From positions 1 through 28,255 of IMG/VR virus record IMGVR_UViG_3300030372_001114: 28,255 nucleotides of DNA; one strand, written 5' to 3'. Source of the DNA: a virus. Its lineage: Duplodnaviria > Caudoviricetes. A program made the translations under genes and the position numbers. The notes under the pieces were generated by a model. The model saw only the letters and a list, made by a program, of their open reading frames with translations, had not been told where the DNA came from and did no database searches. Numbering within the stretch: the stretch's first letter is position 1; each line of letters starts with the position of its first letter. Positions 15,784 to 24,444 of this stretch are shown piece by piece.

Positions 15784-15885
15784 TTATTTCCTCTTTCTTC
15801 TAGTCATTCTTTTTCTTTTAATTTTACCTAGTTTTAGTTTAGGCCTACCAACTTTTCTTCCGTACGTTCCTTTACCTTTAGGCAT
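15784..15885 (-). CDS. Highly basic microprotein, 33 aa (not in ORF track)
   Basis: MPKGKGTYGRKVGRPKLKLGKIKRKRMTRRKRK; strong SD AAGGAGG. Confidence 0.85.
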   Translation of the reverse strand: MPKGKGTYGRKVGRPKLKLGKIKRKRMTRRKRK

Positions 15886-15894
15886 ATATCCTCC

Positions 15895-17391
15895 TTAATA
15901 AGTTGTTAATGTTAATACTGCTTCACATTTTTGTTGTGGCGTATTTCCAAGCACTTGAACTAGCGAGTTTGCTCTACCACTTCCAGCAGTTGATAATGCT
16001 CCACTCATCGCAGATGTATGTAGCAAACTTACTACAAATTCTGCATCTACTAATTCTGGTATAGTAAAATCTATTGCACCACTTTCATAGTTTACACTTC
16101 CAACGATTGTAGTATTTCTCCAGATTAAATTACCTCTACCATCATCTCTTAAGAATATGTTTTTAAACGATGTAGAATTAGTTACTGGATCGACATTTGT
16201 TTCTCTAGCTAATCTAGCTGCTACCGATGTTGGTGCTGCTGGGATTCTACCAGTTCCTAAAAACTCTGCTGTTCCACTACTACCAGCTCCTAATGTTATT
16301 GCTGATGTTGATAATCGTGAGCCACTTCTAAATATTACATCGCCACCTTCTATAGATACTGTAACTTTCTTCTCAAATAGATTGCCTGATGTGTAGTATT
16401 GAGTATCTAGTGCATCTTGTATCTTTGCGATGATTCCAGTAGAGCCACCAAACTTAGTATTACTTGAATCTACTGTAAATGATAGATTATCAAATGTTGT
16501 TCCACCATCTACAGTAATGTCAAACTCATAAGCAGTAGAAGCTGTTAATCCACTCTCTGTATTTGCAGTTATGTCTGTTAATCCTAATTTTGCATAACCA
16601 CTCTCATAGAATTGAATTGCTACACTCCCAGCTGTTATCCCACCTTCATTCGCTGCAACACGACCATACCCAGCTAGATTCGTAGCTTTGTATCTACCAA
16701 GCGAATCTGTTTGAGCTACACTATATTTATCGAAATCGTGATAAGCATTGTAGAATGGTAATCTTATTGCTACATCGTCATTATGAGATGCTGCTGTGCT
16801 ACCATCAACTGCTCTTATCACATAAAGTTCATTTGTTACGATATTTGTTATTTCCATAATCTCATTATCTAATCTAATCAAATCACCTATCTCGAAATAA
16901 TCTCCATCGTCTACAGTAAAGTTAGTAACACTATCGGTAATATTACTTCCCTCATCAAGTAAGCAACCACTTGCAACATACATATTTGCATTAGGTGCTG
17001 TTGCTGCTACAGCAGTTCCATCAAAATGGTCTAAGCTATCAACGATAATTGCTCTAGTAGCTGGTATAGTTATTTCTTCATCAGGTGCTAATAAATAATG
17101 CACATATTCGGTGTTGCCTTCATTTGTTTCATCTGTGTATCTTTGATAACCAAAAATTGCTAAAGCTGAAACATTACCATCATTCTTAACAGCAACTGCA
17201 CTCATAGCAGTAGTCTTAGATTCAGATTCACTTGATGTTGCTATATCTAATAATAATGTATGTGTATCTACACTATATGAAATGGCTGTCTTTTTTTTAT
17301 CCAATGGCTTTGAATAGTCCACTTTTTTCCTTGCTGGAACTGAGCCATTACTGCTTGGCTGTCCTATAGATGGATATAATTCTTTTCCCAT
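15895..17391 (-). CDS. Virion structural protein (multi-domain, S/T/G-rich)
   Basis: 498 aa; IRLDNEIM.IT......L.VIRAVDGSTAASH and RDDGRGNL...VGSVNYESGAI motifs seen in phage structural proteins. Confidence 0.55.
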   Translation of the reverse strand: MGKELYPSIGQPSSNGSVPARKKVDYSKPLDKKKTAISYSVDTHTLLLDIATSSESESKTTAMSAVAVKNDGNVSALAIFGYQRYTDETNEGNTEYVHYLLAPDEEITIPATRAIIVDSLDHFDGTAVAATAPNANMYVASGCLLDEGSNITDSVTNFTVDDGDYFEIGDLIRLDNEIMEITNIVTNELYVIRAVDGSTAASHNDDVAIRLPFYNAYHDFDKYSVAQTDSLGRYKATNLAGYGRVAANEGGITAGSVAIQFYESGYAKLGLTDITANTESGLTASTAYEFDITVDGGTTFDNLSFTVDSSNTKFGGSTGIIAKIQDALDTQYYTSGNLFEKKVTVSIEGGDVIFRSGSRLSTSAITLGAGSSGTAEFLGTGRIPAAPTSVAARLARETNVDPVTNSTSFKNIFLRDDGRGNLIWRNTTIVGSVNYESGAIDFTIPELVDAEFVVSLLHTSAMSGALSTAGSGRANSLVQVLGNTPQQKCEAVLTLTTY

Positions 17392-17401
17392 AATTTTACT
17401 C

Positions 17402-18190
17402 CTAAGTTAAATGATACTTTACTGTTATACTGATTGAATAGTCTGAATTAATACTATCCGACCTAAAAAATGCTAATACTACTTTCCCTGATGCGACTGC
17501 TGCACTATCTATTGTCCAGCTACTTAAATACGCTTGTTCACTTCCAGCGTTAGTAACATCGTTGTTATGTGCTAATAATGTTCCGTTTGTTAATGCAGAT
17601 GTAGAGCCACTTGTAAAGTCGTAACTAAATAAGTGCATACGAGTGGTATCTCCAGTAGCAGCATCTGCACCTTCAATAGATGTAACTGAATCAATGCTTA
17701 TTGCATCTGGAATATACCACAATAAAGAAACTAAGTCCGATGCTCTTTCTCTAGTAGAATCTGATGTTGTAAAAGATGTATCTGGATCTGTTGAAGTTCC
17801 AAATCTAGGTATTGTTGTTGCATTGGCATAATTTGCAGAACCAAATGGTAGTGGGTGGTGTGTATCAGTTACAAATACTCCAGATTCTACATTTCCTATT
17901 GCAAATGTTGCATATTGTGTATTTACATTATTTCCTGATGCAACTACTAATTGATTTGTAGTATCTACTGCAAGTACAGCAGTTCCATCAACTGCTCTTA
18001 CTCTTAAGGCTGTTGTAGTATCATCGTTCTGTGGTCTAACCACTAAGCTGTCATCTGATAAAAAAGCACAAGACGGAGTGCCTTCTCCATCTTTAATATT
18101 TCTTGTTGTTGTATCTACACCATTATTTGAATTATCTACTTGCAGTAAATCTTTATATGTATTTGCTAATGTTTTTCCAGTTAAACTCAT
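17402..18190 (-). CDS. Putative fibre/decoration structural protein
   Basis: 262 aa, T/S/D-rich; L.G..IA.TYKDLLQV-type N-terminus of phage fibre-like proteins. Confidence 0.5.
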   Translation of the reverse strand: MSLTGKTLANTYKDLLQVDNSNNGVDTTTRNIKDGEGTPSCAFLSDDSLVVRPQNDDTTTALRVRAVDGTAVLAVDTTNQLVVASGNNVNTQYATFAIGNVESGVFVTDTHHPLPFGSANYANATTIPRFGTSTDPDTSFTTSDSTRERASDLVSLLWYIPDAISIDSVTSIEGADAATGDTTRMHLFSYDFTSGSTSALTNGTLLAHNNDVTNAGSEQAYLSSWTIDSAAVASGKVVLAFFRSDSINSDYSISITVKYHLT

Positions 18191-18197
18191 TATTCTC

Positions 18198-18827
18198 CTA
18201 AGTTAAATCCCATTTAATCACAACTGTTACATTTGTATCTTGTGGTGCTGATGGGTGAGTTATTTTAAAAGCGTATATATTACCTTTAGTAAGTGTGGTT
18301 GATGATAAATTGCCTATATTAAAACTATGGGTAATATCATCTGCTATATCTACTGCTTCTGTTAATTGATAAGCTGGTACTAAACTTGGTGTTTCTGTCC
18401 CATCTGCCGATTCGTGTATTGCAAATACTGTATTACCACTTTGTGCTATCTCACTTCTCCACATAACCTTATTGACACTACCATTATATGGTGCAACAAA
18501 AGCAATAAACTCATTAGATGAAGTTGTAGATGTTTTCTCTATAACATAGCCATTAATCGGAATAAAATTACCAGTAGCATTGCCATAATACCCACAATTA
18601 ATAAATTGATATGTAAACGAATCTACATACTTTTTATTGGCGATATGATCTTCTTGTGTTGGAGATTTTTCTACAAATACTTCATTATCTGCTAACAATA
18701 ATCCTGTAACATCATCACCTATCTTAACTGGCTTTTTATCAGAAGATAATCTATTGTCTAATCGTAGATTACTACTATCCTGATAAATACGAGCATTACT
18801 AGTTGTTCTATTACTACTATAAGCCAT
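18198..18827 (-). CDS. Putative fibre/decoration structural protein
   Basis: 209 aa; PT...HIANKKYVD fibre motif followed by a beta-rich domain (FVAPYNG). Confidence 0.55.
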   Translation of the reverse strand: MAYSSNRTTSNARIYQDSSNLRLDNRLSSDKKPVKIGDDVTGLLLADNEVFVEKSPTQEDHIANKKYVDSFTYQFINCGYYGNATGNFIPINGYVIEKTSTTSSNEFIAFVAPYNGSVNKVMWRSEIAQSGNTVFAIHESADGTETPSLVPAYQLTEAVDIADDITHSFNIGNLSSTTLTKGNIYAFKITHPSAPQDTNVTVVIKWDLT

Positions 18828-19063
18828 TAATCGTCATACCATTTCTTGTCTTTCTTTCTATTAGCTTTACTATCCATCTGTTTAATCTTATTCTTCATAA
18901 AAATAAGTTCATCTTTAATCTTATCAATAGCAATGTTATTCTCATTAGGTTCTTCTACATACTTTTTAAGAGGTATAATATCGTTTTTTACGCTAGATAA
19001 TTTCTTAGTAACCTCTTTGATTACTAATGGTAATAACTTTGATAAAATCTTACTTATTATCAC
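18827..19063 (-). CDS. Hypothetical protein of the lysis block
   Basis: 78 aa; amphipathic N-terminus and coiled coil; overlaps neighbours. Confidence 0.55.
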   Translation of the reverse strand: MIISKILSKLLPLVIKEVTKKLSSVKNDIIPLKKYVEEPNENNIAIDKIKDELIFMKNKIKQMDSKANRKKDKKWYDD

Positions 19064-19328
19064 TTCTTAAACCTTTAATCAAACCTCTTACAACTGATCC
19101 GAATACATTGTCAATCATATCTATTAGCCACGTTTCTACAACTCCCCAATGCTTCTTTGACCAACTCCATCTTGATAGATTTAATGTGCATATTCTACCT
19201 AGTGATTCAAAAGTCTTTTCTACTACTGCACAAATCTTATCATTTGGAATCATTTTTAAAATAGTCAATGCTACGCCACCAGTTCCTACTGTTGCTATAG
19301 TTGTTATATTATTTAATAAAAAATCCAT
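19050..19328 (-). CDS. Putative holin or membrane protein
   Basis: 92 aa; hydrophobic N-terminal segment, basic C-terminus, AAGGAG SD, within the lysis block. Confidence 0.4.
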   Translation of the reverse strand: MDFLLNNITTIATVGTGGVALTILKMIPNDKICAVVEKTFESLGRICTLNLSRWSWSKKHWGVVETWLIDMIDNVFGSVVRGLIKGLRSDNK

Positions 19329-19330
19329 TC

Positions 19331-19723
19331 TTACTCCTTATATCCATTTTTTTTAAACCCACTTATATCAATATTTTCCATAGGTCTTGTCATTGTATAA
19401 TCTTTAATCTTACTATTTTGTATTTCTAAATCCTCGCCACCACTAATGTATGGTTCTCCATCTGCATTATGTGATACGTTATAAACCACGATAGAACACT
19501 TGAACAAACCAACTCTTACAATGCGACCAGCGTACTTCTTTCCCTCGATCCAAATATAAATCACATCGCCAACGTTGATTGCATTTCCCCAGAATATCTT
19601 TACAGATTCTACTAAACCTTCTAGCGTACTCCTGAATAACATCGCTACGAATCCAACCAAGAACAACCACCCATAACTTCCAATTAAGTTCGTTCCAATC
19701 TCTTTTAATTGTTCTTCGCCCAT
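19331..19723 (-). CDS. MscS-like (TM + beta-domain) small membrane protein
   Basis: 130 aa; TM helix then INVGDVIYI..EG..YAGRIVRVGLF....IQNSKI, matching the MscS middle domain pattern (VGD.I......G.V..IG...IPNS.L). Confidence 0.6.
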   Translation of the reverse strand: MGEEQLKEIGTNLIGSYGWLFLVGFVAMLFRSTLEGLVESVKIFWGNAINVGDVIYIWIEGKKYAGRIVRVGLFKCSIVVYNVSHNADGEPYISGGEDLEIQNSKIKDYTMTRPMENIDISGFKKNGYKE

Positions 19724-19728
19724 TCACT

Positions 19729-19971
19729 CTACATTTCCATTATCAAAGATTCTAGCTTATCAAAGCGTTCTTCCATCATTGTTTCTATCTTCCCAACGCT
19801 TATTTCTAAGTCTTGAATATCTTCTTGATTCTTGTTTATCTTTATTTTGTTCTCTTTGGCGTTATTTTCAAAGGTTTCTATCTTATTAGACATAATACCT
19901 TGTGTGTAGATAAACGTGCCTAGAATCGTGCATATTGTTAATGCAGTTCCAATTAAGTTCTTATCAATCAT
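19729..19971 (-). CDS. N-terminal TM + coiled-coil protein (holin/spanin-like)
   Basis: 80 aa; adjacent to the endolysin. Confidence 0.5.
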   Translation of the reverse strand: MIDKNLIGTALTICTILGTFIYTQGIMSNKIETFENNAKENKIKINKNQEDIQDLEISVGKIETMMEERFDKLESLIMEM

Positions 19972-20359
19972 CTCTTACCTCAAAATGTGGGAAGTCATCA
20001 AAACGATTATCCATTACTTGAAAGTCCATATCCCAATCGCCACCCCATCTTAACTTGATTCCTTTAGCTCTAGCAATACCAAGAACAAATCCAGCGAACA
20101 AGGTTTGTCTTTCTCTATCTTCCCAATCTACTGGATAAGGTGTAACATCAACAGCCCTACTAGGACTACTATTATGACGACCACGAGGGAATTTAACCTT
20201 TGTCTTGCCTTCGTCATAGAGCTTATCTTGTCTTTCTTGGGAACGATGTCCCTCGAGAACTGAGCAATCCACGAATTGAATAACTTCATTGAACACCTCT
20301 TGTAGTCTTTCATCACAAGTAGCTAATCTTTCTTTTGATCTCTTACCAAATCTAGGCAT
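19964..20359 (-). CDS. Endolysin, M15C L-alanyl-D-glutamate peptidase
   Basis: FGKRS.ERL, EGHRS.ERQ, H....SRAVD, RWGGDW, DFPHFE. Confidence 0.92.
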   Translation of the reverse strand: MPRFGKRSKERLATCDERLQEVFNEVIQFVDCSVLEGHRSQERQDKLYDEGKTKVKFPRGRHNSSPSRAVDVTPYPVDWEDRERQTLFAGFVLGIARAKGIKLRWGGDWDMDFQVMDNRFDDFPHFEVRDD

Positions 20360-20865
20360 TATCTGTATTCTATGTGAAATACAAAGTCTAAATCATCTGC
20401 TGCTTCATAAGTTGCTGCTTCTTTTGCTAATCCAGCAAAGAAAACACTTGTAGAATCATCTGATGCTTGTAATAACATTGGAATAGCTACACTAGATTGA
20501 CCTAATTGAGTTCCACCACCTAATACCTTAACTCCACCCAAATCAACATCTGTATTACCAGCATCTATATTAGGTATTGCACCTAAAATGCCCACAGCTT
20601 CTGCATCTTCATCAGATATATCAGGAGCTGAGTTTACTGTTCCAATACTTGTGTTATTTTGCATAAAAACAAGTGAAATATCTTTTTGTACTGCACCTGA
20701 TTGACTTAAAATCCATACACCTAACAACTTAGAACAACCACCATTTCCAATAACTGCATTTGGTATCTCAGTTGTAGTAAATAAAACTTCTCCAGCACCA
20801 TAGGCATTAGTGTCTATTGTTGGTGTTACTCTTATTACTTTAAAATCACTTTTTCCGTAAGGCAT
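20359..20865 (-). CDS. Putative head decoration/structural protein
   Basis: 168 aa, beta-rich and acidic, downstream of the capsid gene. Confidence 0.45.
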   Translation of the reverse strand: MPYGKSDFKVIRVTPTIDTNAYGAGEVLFTTTEIPNAVIGNGGCSKLLGVWILSQSGAVQKDISLVFMQNNTSIGTVNSAPDISDEDAEAVGILGAIPNIDAGNTDVDLGGVKVLGGGTQLGQSSVAIPMLLQASDDSTSVFFAGLAKEAATYEAADDLDFVFHIEYR

Positions 20866-20866
20866 A

Positions 20867-21025
20867 TTACATCTCCTCTACTTTATAGCCTTTTGCTACA
20901 TATGCTTCTTTCAAACCATCTAGCAAATCTCTTTCTATAACATTACCATTAGGCTTTGTAATTTTTAACTTACCAACCTTCTTGACTTCTTTCTTTTTAG
21001 CTTCTTTCTTTTTAGCTTCAGCCAT
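20867..21025 (-). CDS. Lys-rich microprotein, 52 aa (not in ORF track)
   Basis: MAEAKKKEAKKKEVKKVGKLKITKPNGNVIERDLLDGLKEAYVAKGYKVEEM; AGGAG SD; 15-bp tandem repeat at 20986-21015. Confidence 0.8.
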   Translation of the reverse strand: MAEAKKKEAKKKEVKKVGKLKITKPNGNVIERDLLDGLKEAYVAKGYKVEEM

Positions 21026-21036
21026 AATTGCTCCTA

Positions 21037-21318
21037 TTATTTAATTATTTTACCATTTTTATCAAAACTTACACCACCAAAGAAACCTAAATTGTCTGCT
21101 CCTTTGCCTTTTTTATTTCTACTAATTCTATCTGATACTTCTTGCATATAATCCATATACTTCATTGGACTACCTTTATAATATGCTTGTTGCCCTTTAT
21201 CCTTATCTTCTGCTAAACATAGATTTTTATTAGGATCAAGTTCTACACCAAATTTTTTATTATTTAGATTGCCTATATCTTTTTTAGGCTTTGATTTTCT
21301 TATAATGTTTTCTGACAT
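21037..21318 (-). CDS. Hypothetical basic protein (start probably MSENII)
   Basis: GGGGA SD-like sequence before the ATG at 21318; the ATG at 21330 overlaps the hairpin. Confidence 0.65.
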   Translation of the reverse strand: MSENIIRKSKPKKDIGNLNNKKFGVELDPNKNLCLAEDKDKGQQAYYKGSPMKYMDYMQEVSDRISRNKKGKGADNLGFFGGVSFDKNGKIIK

Positions 21319-21328
21319 TGTATTCCCC

Positions 21329-21355
21329 ATAAGGGGAGCATTACACTCCCCTTAT
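21329..21355 (-). promoter_or_regulatory. 10-bp perfect hairpin after the major capsid gene (stabiliser, attenuator or weak terminator)
   Basis: ATAAGGGGAG-TGTAATG-CTCCCCTTAT; no U tract follows. Confidence 0.65.
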
Positions 21356-21369
21356 AAAGTTATCTTTTA

Positions 21370-22326
21370 TTAAGATATTTCTGTATGGATTTCAACTCCG
21401 TGCAAATCAACTAATTCATCAGAAGCCCAATAACCATTGGCTACTATATTAGTAGATGCACCTAGTTCATTTCTTTCAGTAGCAATCTGTATAAAATTAC
21501 CACCACCGAAATCTAAATATCCACAACCTAATGCTGTTTTAGCATATATAGCACCTTTCTTCCTACCAGTAGCACCATCAATAACTTGTGGTGATGTGTA
21601 GAAGTTGATACCAGCTATACTAGTTACAAACCCAGCACCATAAAATTGCTCACCAACTGAAGCAGCTCCTCCGTGTGCAAATGCACCAGTAGAAGAAGCA
21701 GTTTGTGTAACAGCTAGATCATTTGAAAGTCCAAATGAGCCATACATTTGCTGTGGGTGTAATACTGCACTATATGGTCTTGGAGCATCATTAGTTTCTA
21801 GTGATGCAACAGCGTCCATAATGTCAATGAATCTTAATGAATCATCTGTACCTTTACTTGTTGCGAAAGCATCAAATCTAGCACAAATATTAGCATCAAA
21901 CTCTGCAGCTACTGCATTACCAAGAACTTGACCAGCATTTATCATTAGAGCATCAGCGTTGCCGTGAACAGCAAGGTCAGTTACTCTAGCGTTAATGTGG
22001 TTTCTTAATATTTCTACAGTAGTCGCTGCTGTTGTAAGACTTGTTGCTGCTACTTCTGTATCCTCATCACCAGTCGCTTCATTTGTAACATCACTTACAC
22101 CTAATTTGCTATATACTGGAAATTGAACACTATTTGAGCCTTTAACTGCTGCAGCCATTGAAATTGTAGCTGGAGTTACTGCTGCTTTATTGAATTGCAC
22201 GATAGCTGCTGCGATTGTTTTACCTAAACCACCAGCTGCAACACCTACATCTGTATTCGCCATCAGGTCATTACCCATAGAGCCATTATGCACCCAACCT
22301 TGAATGTTGTTTAATAAATTATTCAT
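21370..22326 (-). CDS. Major capsid protein
   Basis: 318 aa after the scaffold; SVQFPVY, AVLHPQQ..., IAGINFYTS and I.TERNE motifs of HK97-fold capsids; followed by a hairpin. Confidence 0.85.
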   Translation of the reverse strand: MNNLLNNIQGWVHNGSMGNDLMANTDVGVAAGGLGKTIAAAIVQFNKAAVTPATISMAAAVKGSNSVQFPVYSKLGVSDVTNEATGDEDTEVAATSLTTAATTVEILRNHINARVTDLAVHGNADALMINAGQVLGNAVAAEFDANICARFDAFATSKGTDDSLRFIDIMDAVASLETNDAPRPYSAVLHPQQMYGSFGLSNDLAVTQTASSTGAFAHGGAASVGEQFYGAGFVTSIAGINFYTSPQVIDGATGRKKGAIYAKTALGCGYLDFGGGNFIQIATERNELGASTNIVANGYWASDELVDLHGVEIHTEIS

Positions 22327-22352
22327 CTTTTTCTCCTAAGATATTTTTATAA

Positions 22353-22925
22353 TTATTTAATATACTGATTTGTAGAATCTGCTATCGCTTTCTCAGCACC
22401 TTTCGGATCTTTAACAGCAAATTCTTCCCAAGAACTATATCCACCAAATTCGCCCACTCCTTTTGTTGAGTTAGCTGGTCTTTGATTTGGAGTTCCTATT
22501 GTGTTAGTTTGCGACACCCTACCTACAAACTTTTCCAACTTATCGAGTGATAAATCTTCTGCAATTAGCTTATCATCATCATTAGTAATATTCTCCATCA
22601 ATGATGTTCTCTTGTTGGTTTTATATACATTATATTCTTCTGCTACACCTGATAGCTTCTCTATCTTAGCATTAGCTTCATCAAGTAACGTCTTATATTC
22701 GCCTTGCTTTTCAAGTTCCTTCTTTCTAGCAGCTTCTTGCTTTGCTTGAAGTTCCTCTAACTGCGACTTATAAGAATTAGCTTCATCAACTGCTTTATGC
22801 TTCTGAGCAACTACTTCATCTAATCTAGCTTTTGGAATACCATTATCATTTGTATCAGCTTTTGTGCTGTCGTTTTTTACGCTGTTGTCATCAGCTATGG
22901 GTGTGTTTGTGTTTTCTTCTGACAT
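22353..22925 (-). CDS. Capsid scaffolding protein
   Basis: Acidic N-terminus, IPKARLDEV, coiled coil with LEKQGEYKTL; directly upstream of the capsid gene. Confidence 0.82.
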   Translation of the reverse strand: MSEENTNTPIADDNSVKNDSTKADTNDNGIPKARLDEVVAQKHKAVDEANSYKSQLEELQAKQEAARKKELEKQGEYKTLLDEANAKIEKLSGVAEEYNVYKTNKRTSLMENITNDDDKLIAEDLSLDKLEKFVGRVSQTNTIGTPNQRPANSTKGVGEFGGYSSWEEFAVKDPKGAEKAIADSTNQYIK

Positions 22926-22972
22926 TTTTATTTCCTCTTTTGTGAGTTAAGTAACAAAATTACTACTAAATC

Positions 22973-23001
22973 GTTATACATATAATAGTTATAAAAGTCA
23001 A
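22973..23001 (-). promoter_or_regulatory. Sigma70-type promoter for scaffold/capsid genes
   Basis: TTGACT-N17-TATAAC in the AT-rich gap before the scaffold gene. Confidence 0.6.
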
Positions 23002-23014
23002 TATAAAAAAATAC

Positions 23015-23443
23015 TTATTTTCCAATCTTGATAACAACTTTTTTATCCTTTGGGAATTGTTCTTCAACTTCTTTACCTACTTTTCTATCTATCATTCTAA
23101 TTATTCTTCTTGGTAATGGTTGTCTATCGTGTGTTAATAATCTTCCCATATTTTTTAAATGGTTTACTCTTGATCCAAATGCAGCCCACTCAATAGATGC
23201 AGAGTTTTTTGTATGATTTGGCTTACAATCATCTCTAAAATCACCAGTTAATACTGGAGATGTCTTTCTAGCAAATGCACTTTCTTGTCTAGGAAAAGAA
23301 TCTGCTCTCTTTTTTTGACCATAATCTTGAGTATATCCTTTAAACTTTCTACCAAATATATCTTTACCATTCTCAAATATGTGTTTGACATAATCTTTTC
23401 TCATCGCACTAGATAAACTTTTAAAGAACTTTTTATCAAGCAT
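23015..23443 (-). CDS. Putative virion morphogenesis (neck/tail completion-like) protein
   Basis: 142 aa, basic; G.D..G..FK.Y...Y..KK and PVLTGDF motifs. Confidence 0.5.
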   Translation of the reverse strand: MLDKKFFKSLSSAMRKDYVKHIFENGKDIFGRKFKGYTQDYGQKKRADSFPRQESAFARKTSPVLTGDFRDDCKPNHTKNSASIEWAAFGSRVNHLKNMGRLLTHDRQPLPRRIIRMIDRKVGKEVEEQFPKDKKVVIKIGK

Positions 23444-24152
23444 CTTTTCTCACATCTTTACTTTCATCAGATGCTTCTACTGGAAACCATTGATGTCTAC
23501 AATTATATCCACCTCTTTCTACTAATACTTCTGATCCAAACTTGGCTTTGATTTCTTTCTTAGTCATCGCACCAGCTTCCCATATCTTAATACATAGTGG
23601 TCGTGTTCTATCATCTATTGCACCTACATATCTAAACTTTTCATTCTTAGGAGATTCATCAATCATTATTTTACCTACTGATGCACTATAATCATTAAGT
23701 CCAGTCGTTACAAGTGTTCTCATTTGTGCATTTGATAGCCCAGCTTGTTGTTGTATTGCTTGTAGAATACCTTGTTCTGTAGCTTCACCTAATGCACCTT
23801 TAACAATCTCAGTTTTAATAACACCACTCATTTTACCTAGACTATCTGCAAATGATGATGTAGAGAAGTTTGTTAATGCTTGTAGAGTGTTTTCGGTTAC
23901 CTCTCCAAATAACGTCATATCGGCAAGAATCTGTGTATGTGCAGCAACATATCCATTAACTATGTTTTGTGCCTTTAATCGCACAATCTGTTCCAAATCT
24001 AATTGGTCTATAGCTAATAAGAACTCATCAATGGACTTGAATCGCCTATCCTTAGATAGTTTCAGTAAATCTCTTACCATCTCTTGTTGTAATACGCCAA
24101 CCTGATTAGCAATAGTATCTGCTACATTGTCTATATAATTTTGATCAGCCAC
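23436..24152 (-). CDS. Minor head protein (SPP1 gp7 / Mu F-like)
   Basis: Y.G..DDRTRPLC ... GGYNCRHQW; downstream of the portal. Confidence 0.8.
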   Translation of the reverse strand: MADQNYIDNVADTIANQVGVLQQEMVRDLLKLSKDRRFKSIDEFLLAIDQLDLEQIVRLKAQNIVNGYVAAHTQILADMTLFGEVTENTLQALTNFSTSSFADSLGKMSGVIKTEIVKGALGEATEQGILQAIQQQAGLSNAQMRTLVTTGLNDYSASVGKIMIDESPKNEKFRYVGAIDDRTRPLCIKIWEAGAMTKKEIKAKFGSEVLVERGGYNCRHQWFPVEASDESKDVRKDA

Positions 24153-24444
24153 CTAGCAACTCCGTTACTGTTCTTCTTGATTCCCAGAATCTACAACTCC
24201 AATATCTAGCTTTGGTTTTATCTGTAGGTCTATTAGAATCGCATTTATGTCTTGCTCTAAAACTTCTTCTTCTTTCATCGGAATATCGTTTAATGCTTAG
24301 ATTGGGATCACCAAACATTACTTTCTTTACCTTATCGCCATCTTTGACGTATACCTTGAACTTCTTACGACCATAACCAGCCTCACCTTGTGTGATTCGA
24401 CTTGGCTTATCTAGTCTTACTTCTTTTCCTTGATATTCAGCCAT
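24145..24444 (-). CDS. Conserved basic viral protein (FGDPN / SFRARHKC / ARYWSC)
   Basis: 99 aa; motif pattern recurrent in environmental phages; function unknown. Confidence 0.7.
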   Translation of the reverse strand: MAEYQGKEVRLDKPSRITQGEAGYGRKKFKVYVKDGDKVKKVMFGDPNLSIKRYSDERRRSFRARHKCDSNRPTDKTKARYWSCRFWESRRTVTELLGG

